From Epiperipatus broadwayi (Eukaryota > Animalia > Onychophora), in NCBI GenBank assembly GCA_028023455.1, contig JAQFVV010000004.1:21514001-21578000 (forward strand): a stretch of DNA of 64,000 bases, given 5' to 3'. Position numbers and translations under genes: made by a program. Shown in pieces: positions 1 through 13,000 of this stretch. Numbering within the stretch: the stretch's first letter is position 1; the number at the start of each line of letters is the position of its first letter. The notes beneath the pieces were generated by a model. It was not told the DNA's origin. It saw nothing but the letters and a program-made list of their open reading frames with translations, and searched no databases.

Positions 1-1352
1 AATTATATTGCTTGATATTTTATATTTCATTTATTCTATATTTTACATTCATCATAGCATTCAGAAATCATTCTTTCATCACTTTCTCACCCAATCTAAT
101 CCACATATACATTTATTTAAGTTTAGTGATCTTTAATATTTACAATATTTATAGGAATATCAATCATTCTCCTATTTTATATTATTAATTCAATATCATT
201 TGTGATAGAAGTTTTTCTCATCTTGCCTTCACATAAACTACCAGCTATTAACAGTTTAGCTATTACTCTGCCATCTTTTAAAACTATTTTTTATAATGTG
301 ATGCCAGTGGCAATTGATGGAGATTATAGTGAGGGATATAGAATAATAATAACTCCAATGAGTAACAAAACATCATCATGGATAGAGTGCTAAAAAGAAA
401 AGGTTCATATTTATCAAGCACCTTAAATTCATGTCATGGCTTTTATCTCAGCTCTTACTAACTGTAAAGAAAATGCAACTGTCCATGGAAAAATACTATA
501 ATGCCCTTTGTTATCTGTATATTTAATAAATTGTGACAATATAGATCACACATAATATATTTTCTTTCAAAATATATTCCTAAACACCTAGAGTTTCATT
601 TATCACTCCCAACCACCATCCTATATCTTTCACATGCTGAATAACTCTACAACATTGCAAAGAAATATAAACTGCACTATAAAAATAATTTCCAAACTAC
701 TTTTCTAAGAAAAACAAGAAAGATCCAATGTTTGTCTCAATGTGGTTCAAAAGTATTTCAGGCACAAATAATTTTGATAAAACATTCATTTGTATTGCCT
801 AGTTATTCATTTATTATAACGTAATTTAGAGACCAATGCTTTATATCTCTGTATCTTAACAAATACTATTCATAAAATAATGTGTTAACAACTCAATGAG
901 GTTGTAAAACATATGCATATTCAAGCATTTATGAGAAAAAGTATTTTAAAAATATCTGTAGATATTTTACAAGGCATTCTCTTGCATTCACTTTTTTTAT
1001 AAAACATATACAATAATAAGCATATGAATGATTCATTCAACTTTTAAATATTCAAGCAATATGACACAATGATAATAAAGTACTAGTTTAAAAAATATTA
1101 AACAATGCAATATAAATAAATAAGGTTATCCATGATTCCAACAATTATTGGAACTATGAATGTGCTTCTTTTCGACCATCCATCTAAACAAGTTATAAGT
1201 ATTTATTACCTGTCAGAAAATTACTTTCTGAAAACCTATTTTTCTTTATTTAATATAAAAAAAACTAATCTATCTTAAGATTAAATTAAGAACATATAAT
1301 AAGCATGTTAGTTAAACATTTTAAAATACTAGCAATAAACTAAATAAAATTT

Positions 1353-1457
1353 GTCTTGCATTGGTTGTCGAGAGGTCAGCGCGACTGCCTTGCACTTGCA
1401 GGCAGTTGCCCGGGTTGCGGGTTCGCGTCCCGGCCGATGCTATGACACTTAAAAAAA
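1353..1457 (+). mobile_element. tRNA-derived SINE, copy 1
   Basis: A-box-like TTGTCGAGAGG, B-box GGGTTCGCGTCC, oligo-A tail, 16-bp TSD aaactaaataaaattt (1337-1352 and 1458-1473). Ends are homologous to 22566-22677. Confidence 0.85.
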
Positions 1458-4400
1458 AAACTAAATAAAATTTAAAGTTACTAAAAGTCTTTTGTTTCTC
1501 CTTGTACTCTCATTGCTTTCAAAATTCTTCCCCCACTGCTTAGTTATGAGTAGAAAGTTCTGAACAAAATTGATCTCTCCCAGCACCATTCAATAAATGC
1601 ATAAATAACAAAATTAAATTCTGCAGAATCAGGAAAAAATATTGTTCATCCTTGAAGGATAAATATGTATTTCTGTCTCTTTTCTGAATATTTATCTATG
1701 CAAGCAATATTTCAATAGAAAAATAATTAAGGATTCATTTTTATTTTAAATAATATATTCTTTACATACATATTTCATAATAATTCTAACTATTATATAT
1801 CAAAACATATCGCAATAAGTATAGCTCACATATAAAATCTACATTTTCATCAGTAAACATGTATAGAATATTTCATAACATAAGATTTGTTCATTTATTA
1901 ATTTTCTTTCAGCTGATGCATATTTTTTGTATTCACTAAAGGTAGATATTTTTTTAAAAAATCAAGACTTCTTTTTTAAAATACATATATTTCAATCAGT
2001 TATTTTTAGGTAAAATGACATCTTTATCATCCACATGCAAATTATAAAATACAATGCAAATCTTCAAAATGAAATGCATTATAGTTTATTTTAAATAAAG
2101 AAAGTCATTCTAAAGTGTATAGTTCATTCATTGATTTTATAATAAATAAATCTTTTTTTTAAAAAAAAAGCATATAAATTCAACAGTTATTTCCTTTCAA
2201 TTTTTTTTATAAACATATCACTCACAGATGTAAAATTAATTTGAATTAAGCTTTAAAAATAAAGATAAGATATTCGGTTTGCATCCATGTAACAAAACAA
2301 TTATACTTGCACATCATAAAATATATTCCTTCATCTAGCTTTTTAATTTAGATATAAAATATTAACTTTCCTGTTTTTTTTTTTCCATCTTAAAATTTGT
2401 AACATTATGAGAATAACTTTTAGTAAATATTCTTTTCATATTAATTAGCTTAAATTTTCTTGAAAAATTATATTTATTATAATAAGGTAAAGTCATTAAA
2501 AATAAATATTCAATCACTCTGAATATATTAGATATATTAAATTCAAAGTTCTTACGTATCACCAAATCTCTGGCCCAATGATTAAATCCTTCTGGACATT
2601 TGGTACACATTGTCTTAACACTTAAATGACTACTATTGTTTTCTATAAAAATCATTCTTGGTTAAGCTTTGAATAAAACTTCCTGATAGGAAATAACTGA
2701 TTTTCTATTCAATTATTATTTAAAATAGTTACTAAATTATACTTTTAAAATTGAAAATAATGATTATAAAAAGTTACTACTTTAAAACAATTAGACAAAT
2801 AAAAAAAAATATCGATGTAATAAATTTCATTATAACATTGTATTGCACTGCATTGTCTAGACTTGATTGAACATCTCCTTTATACTGATTTGATCCAGTG
2901 ATTTCACTATTAATTTTGCTTTTACATCTTTAAAAATAAGTTTTAAAAGTATGAGTCATCATCTTTAAAATATATCAGAATTATTCAATACTTTAAATAT
3001 TAAATATTTTTATTAAAATATCAAATATCTTTATTAAAACAATTTAAATATTTTAAGGATTCTAAAATATTAATTTTTAAAGCAAAATATATTTAAACAG
3101 CATAATAATTTTAATTATTACTTTTTTAAAATATCATTTCTAGACTTAATTTGCAACCTTTAAAATGTATCTAATTTCATTAACAAGGCTAGAAATCAAT
3201 GTTTCTTTTTCCCTAACTTTTGAAAGCTCACATACAATACACACATACCTTTTAAAGTCATGTGACACTTTCAGAACATTCTACACTAATATTCAATTAT
3301 TTATTATCTAAATAATAATTTTAAACACATTAAATACATTCTATATAACATTTATTACTGATATTAGACTATTGTCAATTAAATATAATAAATATAAATC
3401 TTTTAAATGATAACTATATTGTTTTTTATTACTTAACTTACATTAAAATGACTAAAAATATTTAAAACATCTTTACAAGCTTCTATTTACTGAGTTTGAA
3501 CCCATATTACCTATAGAATCACTTTAACATCTTATAAAATAACAAATTTAAATTTTTTTAAAAAATAGCTACATTCCAAACTCTACTTAAACTGTCTGGA
3601 CCAAGTATAAGGGTACAATATATATAATTATTTTTAATGATTAGCACAATATATACAATGTATACAGAGAATTTTTAAACAAAAACAACCGATTGTAGTC
3701 AAAAACAACATTTAAGATGAACACTGACACCCTCGAATGTTTATTTGTATTTTTTATCAACCCCACCCAAATATTTTTAAAAAATAAAGTTAAAATGTAT
3801 AGATATAAATTTTAAAATAAGATTTATTCATATAGTTAGAGGGAGGGGGTGTACAGTTTACATTTTATAATAGATTATAAAATTGGAGCAGCTAGGTATA
3901 TTGGAGCATATAAATATATCTTGATATGTAATCAATAAATAAATATGGAATAGATTTGTAAAAGCTAAACAAAGTGTTTAATATCTTTTGTATATATTAT
4001 AAATAAAAATAAGCTGATATGTTAAAAGTATTATCAAAAAAAATGCATGAAAGAATAAATATAAATTGTAATAAATCTCAGAATAAAATACAGAAAAAGA
4101 GAAAATAGTAATTGCCAATGTTATAATACATACTTAAAACTAAAATAGATGGCAGCATTAATGTGGGGCTCCTGATGTAGTTAGTCTATATAAATAATAT
4201 TTTATTAAATTTGCACATTTATATTTTATTATTTAAATTTGAACATTTGTAAGAAACCAAAGTATTTTAAAACTATAAAACAGGTGAGATTTAATGTAAC
4301 CTTTTTTAATGCTGATTGCAATTTATTAAAATCGATTTCACAGGTCACTAATGGGTGGATCTATTTTGAAAGACATTAATGTCTCTGATAGTAAAGTCTT

Positions 4401-7400
4401 GTTACAGAATCATTTAATGATAGTTTGGTAAAGAAGTAAGAATATCTGTTTAGAAAACAAGATATTTTACTAGAAAATTTTAAAACATGTCTGCCAATAA
4501 AGGCTCTATATGTCACTTGGGTTTTTGAGTGTTATTTACCATATGATAAATATAATTAGATTAAACCAGTAATAAATATGCTCTAGTGATCTTAAATATC
4601 TGGATCAATTATAATATTATTTTTTAACATTTTTAATTCTCTCTGAAAGTCATAAATAGTTTTTATTTAGGAATTTGTACCATTAACTTAATTAATTGAA
4701 AATAATATTAAAGAGTATTTGTTTGGGTTATCAAAATTAAGATTTAAATTGGAAATTGACTATTCAGTCATATGTTTAAATGTTAAATTATTATATATAC
4801 TCTATGTGCCTAGTCATTCTCTTTTTTTATCCATTGTCTATTTACAATCCATTTATTTGATATATATTTGCACACAAATAAAAACATTTATATTAATTTT
4901 TATAAAGGATTATATTGAAATGTTTAGAATTTTATCAATAGATTTTTTTTTTTTACTATTATTTATATAAAAATGAGTCCACTAACTCATGTTTTAATTA
5001 TTAATTTATAATAATAATTATATATTGTATTCTCAGGAAGTTAAAAATGATAAAATATCTTCAATAAGTAACTAAGCTTATGTTAGAACAGTAAATGAAG
5101 CATATCTGTGGTGGTGTTTAATTGCTCACCATGTGGGAGTTTAGAACTGCTTGCTATTTATGAATATTTTTTCCAATTCAACTTTGATTAAAGTGGATAT
5201 TGATTAATAACTATTTTAATCATTCAAAGGAAAGATAAAATCATGATTTTCTTAGAATGTGTATATACAAATTATACACAATAAATGTTTATATGCAATA
5301 TATAAAGCAAGATATATTTTTAATGAGTTCTTAAATATAATTGATAAATAAAAAAAGTGCATTTATTTTATAAAAATATATATTTATTTATTCTGATATG
5401 AAACATTTTAAATATATTTGAGGTTTCTGTTTTATATAAAATGTATTCATTTCTTTTCAAAAGAATTAAAATGTATTCATGAAGTTATTTTTAGTAAATG
5501 TATCTTTAAATAAAAATAATAAAATAAATGTAGTTTGTTTGCCTTATTTCTTTTTAAATTAGGTCCTTACATATTGTTTTAAAATTTTTCCAGTGTCTGT
5601 TGGGTGTTCTAAAAAAGTAGAATTCACTCATCATAGAAGTCCGTATCAGTCATGACTAAAAGGCAAACTTGATTACAAATACAATCGGGAAAAAATTTCC
5701 CACATTATATGGAAATTTTCCAGTTATTTGAAAAAATGCCCTGTTCTGCATCAGACTTAAATCCCAGATCATGGGCAAGATGGTGGCACTATTATATATG
5801 CTCAGTGAAAAAATACTATTTTATTTACATTATTTTTTATAGGTTTGGGGGAGGGGGCATTTATTTTTCTTTTGGAGAAAAGGGGAAATAAAAATTATTC
5901 TTTTTTCTTTAAGATAAAACTTTAAAGATTGTAAAGCAATAGCCTTTTGAAGAAATAAAGAAGAAATTATATCACATTAGCCAATAACATGGCGATGATG
6001 AGTTTAAGCAGATTTTTTAAAATCTATCTTCTAGCTAAAAATAGTTAATAAGGGAGTGTTTGTAATTATCACTTAGTCTGAGAGAAAATCTTAAACTTGG
6101 AAAAAATGTCAATTTTTCATCAAAATTAAAATTCCAAAACATTAGCATAGAAAGTAGATAATTGAGCTAAGAACCCTTTTATATATAATACTATATAATT
6201 ATGTAATTTTTAATAAAGAAAACAGTTTTATTTCAAAAAATAAATACTGTATTGCTTGGAAGTTCTTTAAATATTTTGGGTATTGGAAGTGACAACTGGA
6301 ATTGTGATACATTAAACTTAAGCATCTGTTACTCTAACACTGCACTCATGCACACAGGGCAAAATAATTAAATGGTTTACTGATAGATAGCTCAAGTTTT
6401 TGAGTGATAGAAATAACAGGGCTGGACTGTGATCCATGGGTTTTAAGTTTTAGAGTTTGCCAAATCATGCAGGTATGTAATATAAATCTGAATTTATTAA
6501 TTAATCAGTTGAAAAACAAATTATGTGATTTTTTTTTCAAAATAGGATGTTTTCAGCTTTTTTTTTTTTATGGCCAATAAGGTAAGAGGGAAAAAACTAA
6601 TTTAATGTACATTTATACAAAATTAGATTACTTAAATAATAAGTGATAATTGAGATTGTCTTAAGTGTTGACTGATTTTTAATGGAAAATTATATTAATA
6701 CATTACAAGAAATTTTAAAAAGTTATTTTGACTTCCTTTTTTAAATCTTGATTTGCACTGTACTACAGCAATCCCCCCCTCCTCCCATGAAATATATTGA
6801 AATTATTTATTAAATCTAGCTTAAATATTTATTTTTTCCATTAAAACAATAGAATAAATATTTTAATCAAAAATGCTTTTTGCTTATTGAAGAATCTACA
6901 TAATTTGTTGCATTGACTGTCTTTATGAGTGTGTTATATATTTTATGGAGCTAAAAGATGGATATTTGAAATGGAACACACTTCACCCAAAATATACATT
7001 AGTTCTAAACTAAAACATTTGGGAACATTATTTATAGACAATGAATTGAATTTTAAAAATCATCCACCCTATGACTAATTACTTTGCAATTTTTAAAGTA
7101 TTTATATTAATGTCTGTGAAGTTCTTCAGCAACTTTCAAATAAAAGTATATATAATGGATTACTACATCCACTGATTCACTCTACCACTCTTGAAAAAAT
7201 ATATAAAAAATTAATAAAGAATGAAAATTTTATTAATTATTTAAATAATATATTTTTTGCATTTTATTATTGTTAATTTTCAAATACGAACATAATTTTA
7301 ATATTGTATAGTTAAGTACATGGATAGTATATATTTAAAAGTATGGTAATTTTTTTTTGCTTGTTTAAAAAAAAAAATGTTTAACTCTTCAGATAACTAT

Positions 7401-8024
7401 TATTATAACTTCATTTAGGAAAAAAATATTTTAATTTTTTAAGTACAATAAAAAAAGATATTATTTAATTAAACCGAAACATTATATAGGTGTTTACACA
7501 TACAAAGCTATCTCTGTATATATGTGAAATGAAAATTGGAAGCTATGTATTAGCAATGTTCATATATCAGTAAATGCAAAGATTAGGATGATTCCTATTC
7601 CATGTGTGCTGATGCTTTTGAAATTCATTTATTCATATTATTGGTAAATAAAGCATTAATTTGTATATTAGTCTGATTTAAGTGCAGTGCAAATTATTCT
7701 GATTATACTTGATTAACTGGAATGTAAAGATAGTGTCTCATTTTTAACATCTTAATATTAATGAAACAGTTATAAATCTAAATACACATAAATTAATGTA
7801 TATCAAAATTAAACAAGTAATCAAAATCTCTGGAAGCTATATATAAGCAACATTCTTGATCATAAATGTAAAATATCATATATAATAACACAGCAAATGT
7901 ACATCCACTTTTTCTTTCAAAATATATATGTTCTACAATAATATCAACAAATAAAAAATCCTTCTCCTTTTTTCTTTTCAAAAACTTTATTTTTTTATCT
8001 CAATACTGAACATATATATACAAA

Positions 8025-8072
8025 ACTCCAACGTTTCAACTGTTTTATCTCATACAGTCATTTTCAAGGATC
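8025..8072 (-). ncRNA. Minimal type I hammerhead ribozyme (U3-A8 variant), left arm
   Basis: Reverse complement of the motif at 9961-10008. Confidence 0.65.
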
Positions 8073-8467
8073 TGCAACAATATTAAATACATATCAAATA
8101 AACTTCAATTACATAAAAACTTTCTCTTACATTAACATCATAACAAACATATTAAACATATAGAAATATATTTTACTTACATCTTTCTCCCACTGCTATA
8201 TTTTATTACTCTTTTTTTTTTTTACATTGTTTAATTACAAATATATCTTAAAATCATCCAAGAAACTTTCTATACAAATTTAAATACCAACTCTAATTTC
8301 CAAAAACCTCCCCCTTTCTTTAAATTTTATCTAAAAACCATCTTAAAACTACATTCCTAAACTATATATTTAAATGAATATAAAACAAATTTAAACATCC
8401 CCCCCCCTCTCTCTCTTTTATACAAAAAAACTTCTAACAATTTACCTAAACCCATTAAGCATTTATT

Positions 8468-8899
8468 TTAATTATACAGTAATTTATATTCCTTATCTAC
8501 TCCATTAATTCTATTTAGAGTAGGATTATATTTTTTTATATAAAAAAATTCTTTAACCATCCTTTCCCTGTAATTTTTAACCCTTTCTAACATTTTAATA
8601 CTAAATTCTTTATGACCTAAACCTTTACAATGAATGTAAATATTTGAATTTTTGTCATACAAATGTTGTCTAAGTCTAGTTTTTAATTTATTCTTAGTTG
8701 TACCAATATATGAAACCTTACCCCCCTCCCTCTTACAATTTAAACATTCAATTAAATATATTCCATTCATTTTGTCAGTTTCTATATTTTTTGTATCATT
8801 GATTAAATTTCCTAAATTCAATTTCTTTTTATATACTGGTTTAATAATTAACCTACTTTCCCCTTTGTATTTATTATTTATACTTTTTATAATCTTCAT
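8468..8899 (-). CDS. GIY-YIG endonuclease domain of a Penelope-like element (left arm)
   Basis: 143 aa with GIYLIECLNC...YIGTT...RLRQH...H...H...KEFFYI...LN: GIY/YIG, Arg, Glu, Asn catalytic set plus the PLE-type CxxC/H/H motif. The frame stays open upstream of the Met, so this is a 5'-truncated pol. Confidence 0.88.
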   Translation of the reverse strand: MKIIKSINNKYKGESRLIIKPVYKKKLNLGNLINDTKNIETDKMNGIYLIECLNCKREGGKVSYIGTTKNKLKTRLRQHLYDKNSNIYIHCKGLGHKEFSIKMLERVKNYRERMVKEFFYIKKYNPTLNRINGVDKEYKLLYN

Positions 8900-8944
8900 A
8901 AAAGTATCTCTAGAAACATTGTAACTATTATATATAAAATTATT

Positions 8945-9050
8945 TACATCTTTCCCATTGTTTCACTTCTTTATTATTTTTTTAATATTTCTTTTATTAC
9001 ATCTTTCCCATTGTTTCTCTTCTTTATTATTTTTTTAATATTTCTTTTAT
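8945..9050. repeat. 2 x 53-bp tandem duplication in the foldback spacer
   Basis: tacatctttcccattgtttc(a/t)cttctttattattttttaatatttcttttat starts at 8945 and 8998. Confidence 0.9.
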
Positions 9051-9131
9051 TACATAATTTATCAATAAAATTATTGAAAAGATGTAAATAATTTTATATA
9101 TAATAGTTACAATCTTTCTAGAGATACTTTT

Positions 9132-9563
9132 ATGAAGATTATAAAAAGTATAAATAATAAATACAAAGGGGAAAGTAGGTTAATTATTAAACCAGTATAT
9201 AAAAAGAAATTGAATTTAGGAAATTTAATCAATGATACAAAAAATATAGAAACTGACAAAATGAATGGAATATATTTAATTGAATGTTTAAATTGTAAGA
9301 GGGAGGGGGGTAAGGTTTCATATATTGGTACAACTAAGAATAAATTAAAAACTAGACTTAGACAACATTTGTATGACAAAAATTCAAATATTTACATTCA
9401 TTGTAAAGGTTTAGGTCATAAAGAATTTAGTATTAAAATGTTAGAAAGGGTTAAAAATTACAGGGAAAGGATGGTTAAAGAATTTTTTTATATAAAAAAA
9501 TATAATCCTACTCTAAATAGAATTAATGGAGTAGATAAGGAATATAAATTACTGTATAATTAA
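9132..9563 (+). CDS. GIY-YIG endonuclease domain of a Penelope-like element (right arm)
   Basis: Translation identical to 8468-8899. The frame is open 18 codons upstream to the arm boundary at 9078. Confidence 0.88.
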   Translation: MKIIKSINNKYKGESRLIIKPVYKKKLNLGNLINDTKNIETDKMNGIYLIECLNCKREGGKVSYIGTTKNKLKTRLRQHLYDKNSNIYIHCKGLGHKEFSIKMLERVKNYRERMVKEFFYIKKYNPTLNRINGVDKEYKLLYN

Positions 9564-9960
9564 AATAAATGCTTAATGGGTTTAGGTAAATTGTTAGAAG
9601 TTTTTTTGTATAAAAGAGAGAGAGGGGGGAATGTTTAAATTTGTTTTATATTCATTTAAATATATAGTTTAGGAATGTAGTTTTAAGATGGGTTTTAGAT
9701 AAAATTTAAAGAAAGGGGGAGGTTTTTGGAAATTAGAGTTGGTATTTAAATTTGTATAGAAAGTTTCTTGGATGATTTTAAGATATATTTGTAATTAAAC
9801 AATGTAAAAAAAAAAAAAGAGTAATAAAATATAGCAGTGGGAGAAAGATGTAAGTAAAATATATTTCTATATGTTTAATATGTTTGTTATGATGTTAATG
9901 TAAGAGAAAGTTTTTATGTAATTGAAGTTTATTTGTTGATATGTATTTAATATTGTTGCA

Positions 9961-10008
9961 GATCCTTGAAAATGACTGTATGAGATAAAACAGTTGAAAC
10001 GTTGGAGT
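9961..10008 (+). ncRNA. Minimal type I hammerhead ribozyme (U3-A8 variant), right arm
   Basis: gatcc-UUGAAAA-U-GACUGU(augagauaaa)ACAGUU-GAAA-CG-UU-ggag: core with C3-G8 replaced by U3-A8, 6-bp helix II, palindromic helix III (AACGUU), short helix I (ucc/gga). Lies downstream of the GIY-YIG ORF as in PLE pLTRs. Confidence 0.65.
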
Positions 10009-13000
10009 TTTGTATATATATGTTCAGTATTGAGATAAAAAATAAAGTTTTTGAAAAGAAAAAAGGAGAAGGAATTTTTATTTGTTGATATTAAATGTAA
10101 AATATAGAATGATACTTTTCGTTGTGCTTATGTGTTTTAAACATTCATTTATTGATTTGTGGGGAAGTAGGACTTGAAATATATATATATATTGGCCTGA
10201 TTTAAGTGCTGCATTATATATATTGAAATTTTTATATTACATCTATCCAGTCAATATATGGTACTTGCTATTAACTACCCTAACCACAGAAGACCGGAAT
10301 CAATTGCTGTGAATGTAATGTTTGCAGGAAAACTGACTTTGGTGCAGATTGTTTTAAATAGTTCTTTAGTAAAAGAGCTCACTTGGTCAAAATCCCTGCA
10401 AGAATTATATACTTGTATCATTTTTTTTAGTTTACATTTATCTGTCTTTAGATTAAGAAGTAAAACAGTTTTTATATTAAGAAAAAGTTTTTTATAAAAC
10501 TTTACAAACTTAAAATTTTCTTCACATAATTAAAAGATTTATATATAATGACTTCATGTCTAATATCATTTCATGAGCAATATTATGTTAGTTGCTGTTG
10601 TGAATTTTTGCAAAAAAGAATTCCTCAAATTAGAATATGAATATATATTGACCTATAGAGCTATATTTGACATTGATGCCATATTTATTTGTTTCACTTA
10701 TATTTTGATAAAATGTAATGTTGATAACTTTGATTATATATCTGTTTAACTTTTGTACATCATTTTTTCTTTATTGGAATTTTAAAATGATATTTATTAA
10801 GTAGTTATGGTCTCAGATGGCACTTATATATGAGAATATAAAAAAAAAAAAACTGAAAAGTAAAGTTTAAAAGATTTGTTCTGAAATTAAAAATATTTTT
10901 TTCAATATTACTACTAAATAATGATTAATCTATGAATATGTTTTTCTAAGGAAAGCCTTTATATAATAAAACACATAAAAATATAAATGCCAACAACATA
11001 ACCATAAAGCAAAACTCATTTTAATAAAGTGCATGACTATAGATATCAATATGAAAATTTACAGATATATAAATTGAATGTTTCAATGGAAATGGACAGT
11101 CACTTAATACAAATAAATATATACTGGCAAAAAAAAAGTTTTTTATTAGTAAGTTAATTTTTATACATGAGTAATATAGACAAGCAGTTTATGTCAAATG
11201 TAGCAGTACATAAGTGATTGTTGAATGAGGTCATATATGCAATCTGAATAAAAGCTCAACTATAGAGCAGATTGTAAGAAATGTGCAGCAGGTTATAATT
11301 AATTTATAAAATTTACAAATTATATAAGTACTTAGACATAAATAAATCCTGCAACACTATCACATTAAACATAAAGACAGCAGGTAGTAATAAAAATAGA
11401 TAATAAATTATTTCATCTAATACGCAATTTGCCAGTTGAATAGTCACTTGAAAACTATGCATTAATGTTTAATCTTTTCTGAAGAAATTCAGTATAAATT
11501 CATTCTTTAAAACTCAATTTATTGTAACTATGTATTTAGTTATTAATAATTGTGATAGGTGTAACTTTAGATGAATACAAATTTTAAGTGACAAAATAAA
11601 CTTACTATAAAATGTAATTAATTACATGTTTGTGTATTTGATAATTTATTAAAATAGCTTTTGGTCAGATAGAGAATATTGTACTCTAAAAACCAATTAA
11701 GTGTCAAATTGGGAAATGTCCTACCAATTATTCAAATGTTGGTAAACATGGTGCAGTTATGATATGTAAGCCCTAGAGAAATCAAAATCCATGGTGAAGT
11801 AGTTCTGAAAACTTTTATGGAATAACTTTTGCAACGGTTAAAATGCAATGTAGTAAATGTTACAAGTATATTTTTCTAAATCTTACTACTGATTTACTTT
11901 ATATTGCTTTGTATTATTTATGTAAATATGTAATAAAATTGATTGCCTGAACATTCTGTTTGTATTATTGCTGACTAAATATCTCCCCATTACTATATTA
12001 AATATCTTTACTAAATAAATTAGTTTTAGTTCAACAAAGTCTTGTTTGGTTTCTCATAATAAACTTTTTTAAGAATTGTTAATACTAAAAATTAATATGG
12101 TAGTATGAAAATAATAACAGAACAATGATATGGCTGTAGTGGCAAGTCATAAACTGCTATTGTTGAATACTAAAAATATGAGTTAGTTATAGCATTTTTT
12201 TTTTTTTTGTAAAAAGAGTTTCAATATTTTGAAATTACTCTATAATAAATTTACCTAAATAATATATTATATTCTTGGGTGACTATTTTATAATAGAAGT
12301 TGGAGTTACTTTTATAATTTATTTCAAGTAAAAACTTTTGAGATTCATCCAGTTTTCTAACCAGGTTTCTTTTGTTGTATTTTTTAAGAAATTACTAAAT
12401 CTTGTATTTATTATTACATGATACTGGATATGTTTGTCCTGGCTCAAGAACTAAAAGTCCCTGGATAGAAGGTCAACTGTCTCTTTCAGTTCTCTAACAT
12501 CACATGTCCCAAGTAGTCAATTTTCTAAAAGAATCTTATTAAAATTTAATTTTTCCCCTCATAGGAGCACATTGTATTAAAAATTTATTGAATTGGATTT
12601 TTTTAAGTTGTGTGTGTGTGATTTTTTTTTTTGATAGAATATCTCTTTTTATTGATCCTATTCAAATCTGAACTATCTTCAAAATATTTTTAAATAACTT
12701 ATAAATTTTAATGCAAGTTTGTATAAGTATTACTACTATCTTTCTTAAAACTCAAGATGTTATAGCCTACTAATTGAGCATCTCTTTCTGGATTATATCT
12801 AAAAATGATATATTGAAATACATTTATCTGTTAAAAACAAAGTATGCCTTCATTTGTTTATTCTTTCTATGTATTTTTCTCAAAAAATCATATATATATA
12901 TTGTAACTTTATCAAAAATGTCTTGCAGGAAAAAAAAAAAGATTAATAAGTAGTCATTTTGGGTATCTGGCCTATATTTTGAGCCCTAGTTGGGCAGCCA

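Larger units (their letters stand above)
7939..10093. mobile_element. Penelope-like element 3' fragment duplicated as a head-to-head foldback (arms about 7939-8953 and 9078-10093)
   Basis: About 1.0-kb near-identical inverted arms around a 124-bp spacer. Each arm has a GIY-YIG ORF followed by a pLTR-like region with an HHR motif. 3' ends point outward. Confidence 0.9.

Noticed and set aside
6420-6472. Possible 53-nt coding exon (ag|...CAG|gtatgt; LDCDPWVLSFRVCQIMQ)
   Set aside because: Weak acceptor without a pyrimidine tract, no recognisable protein and no partner exons; it cannot be supported without RNA-seq.
8652-9379. 90-aa ORFs 8652-8924(+) and 9107-9379(-)
   Set aside because: Antisense shadows of the GIY-YIG ORFs; hydrophobic low-complexity translation with no motif.
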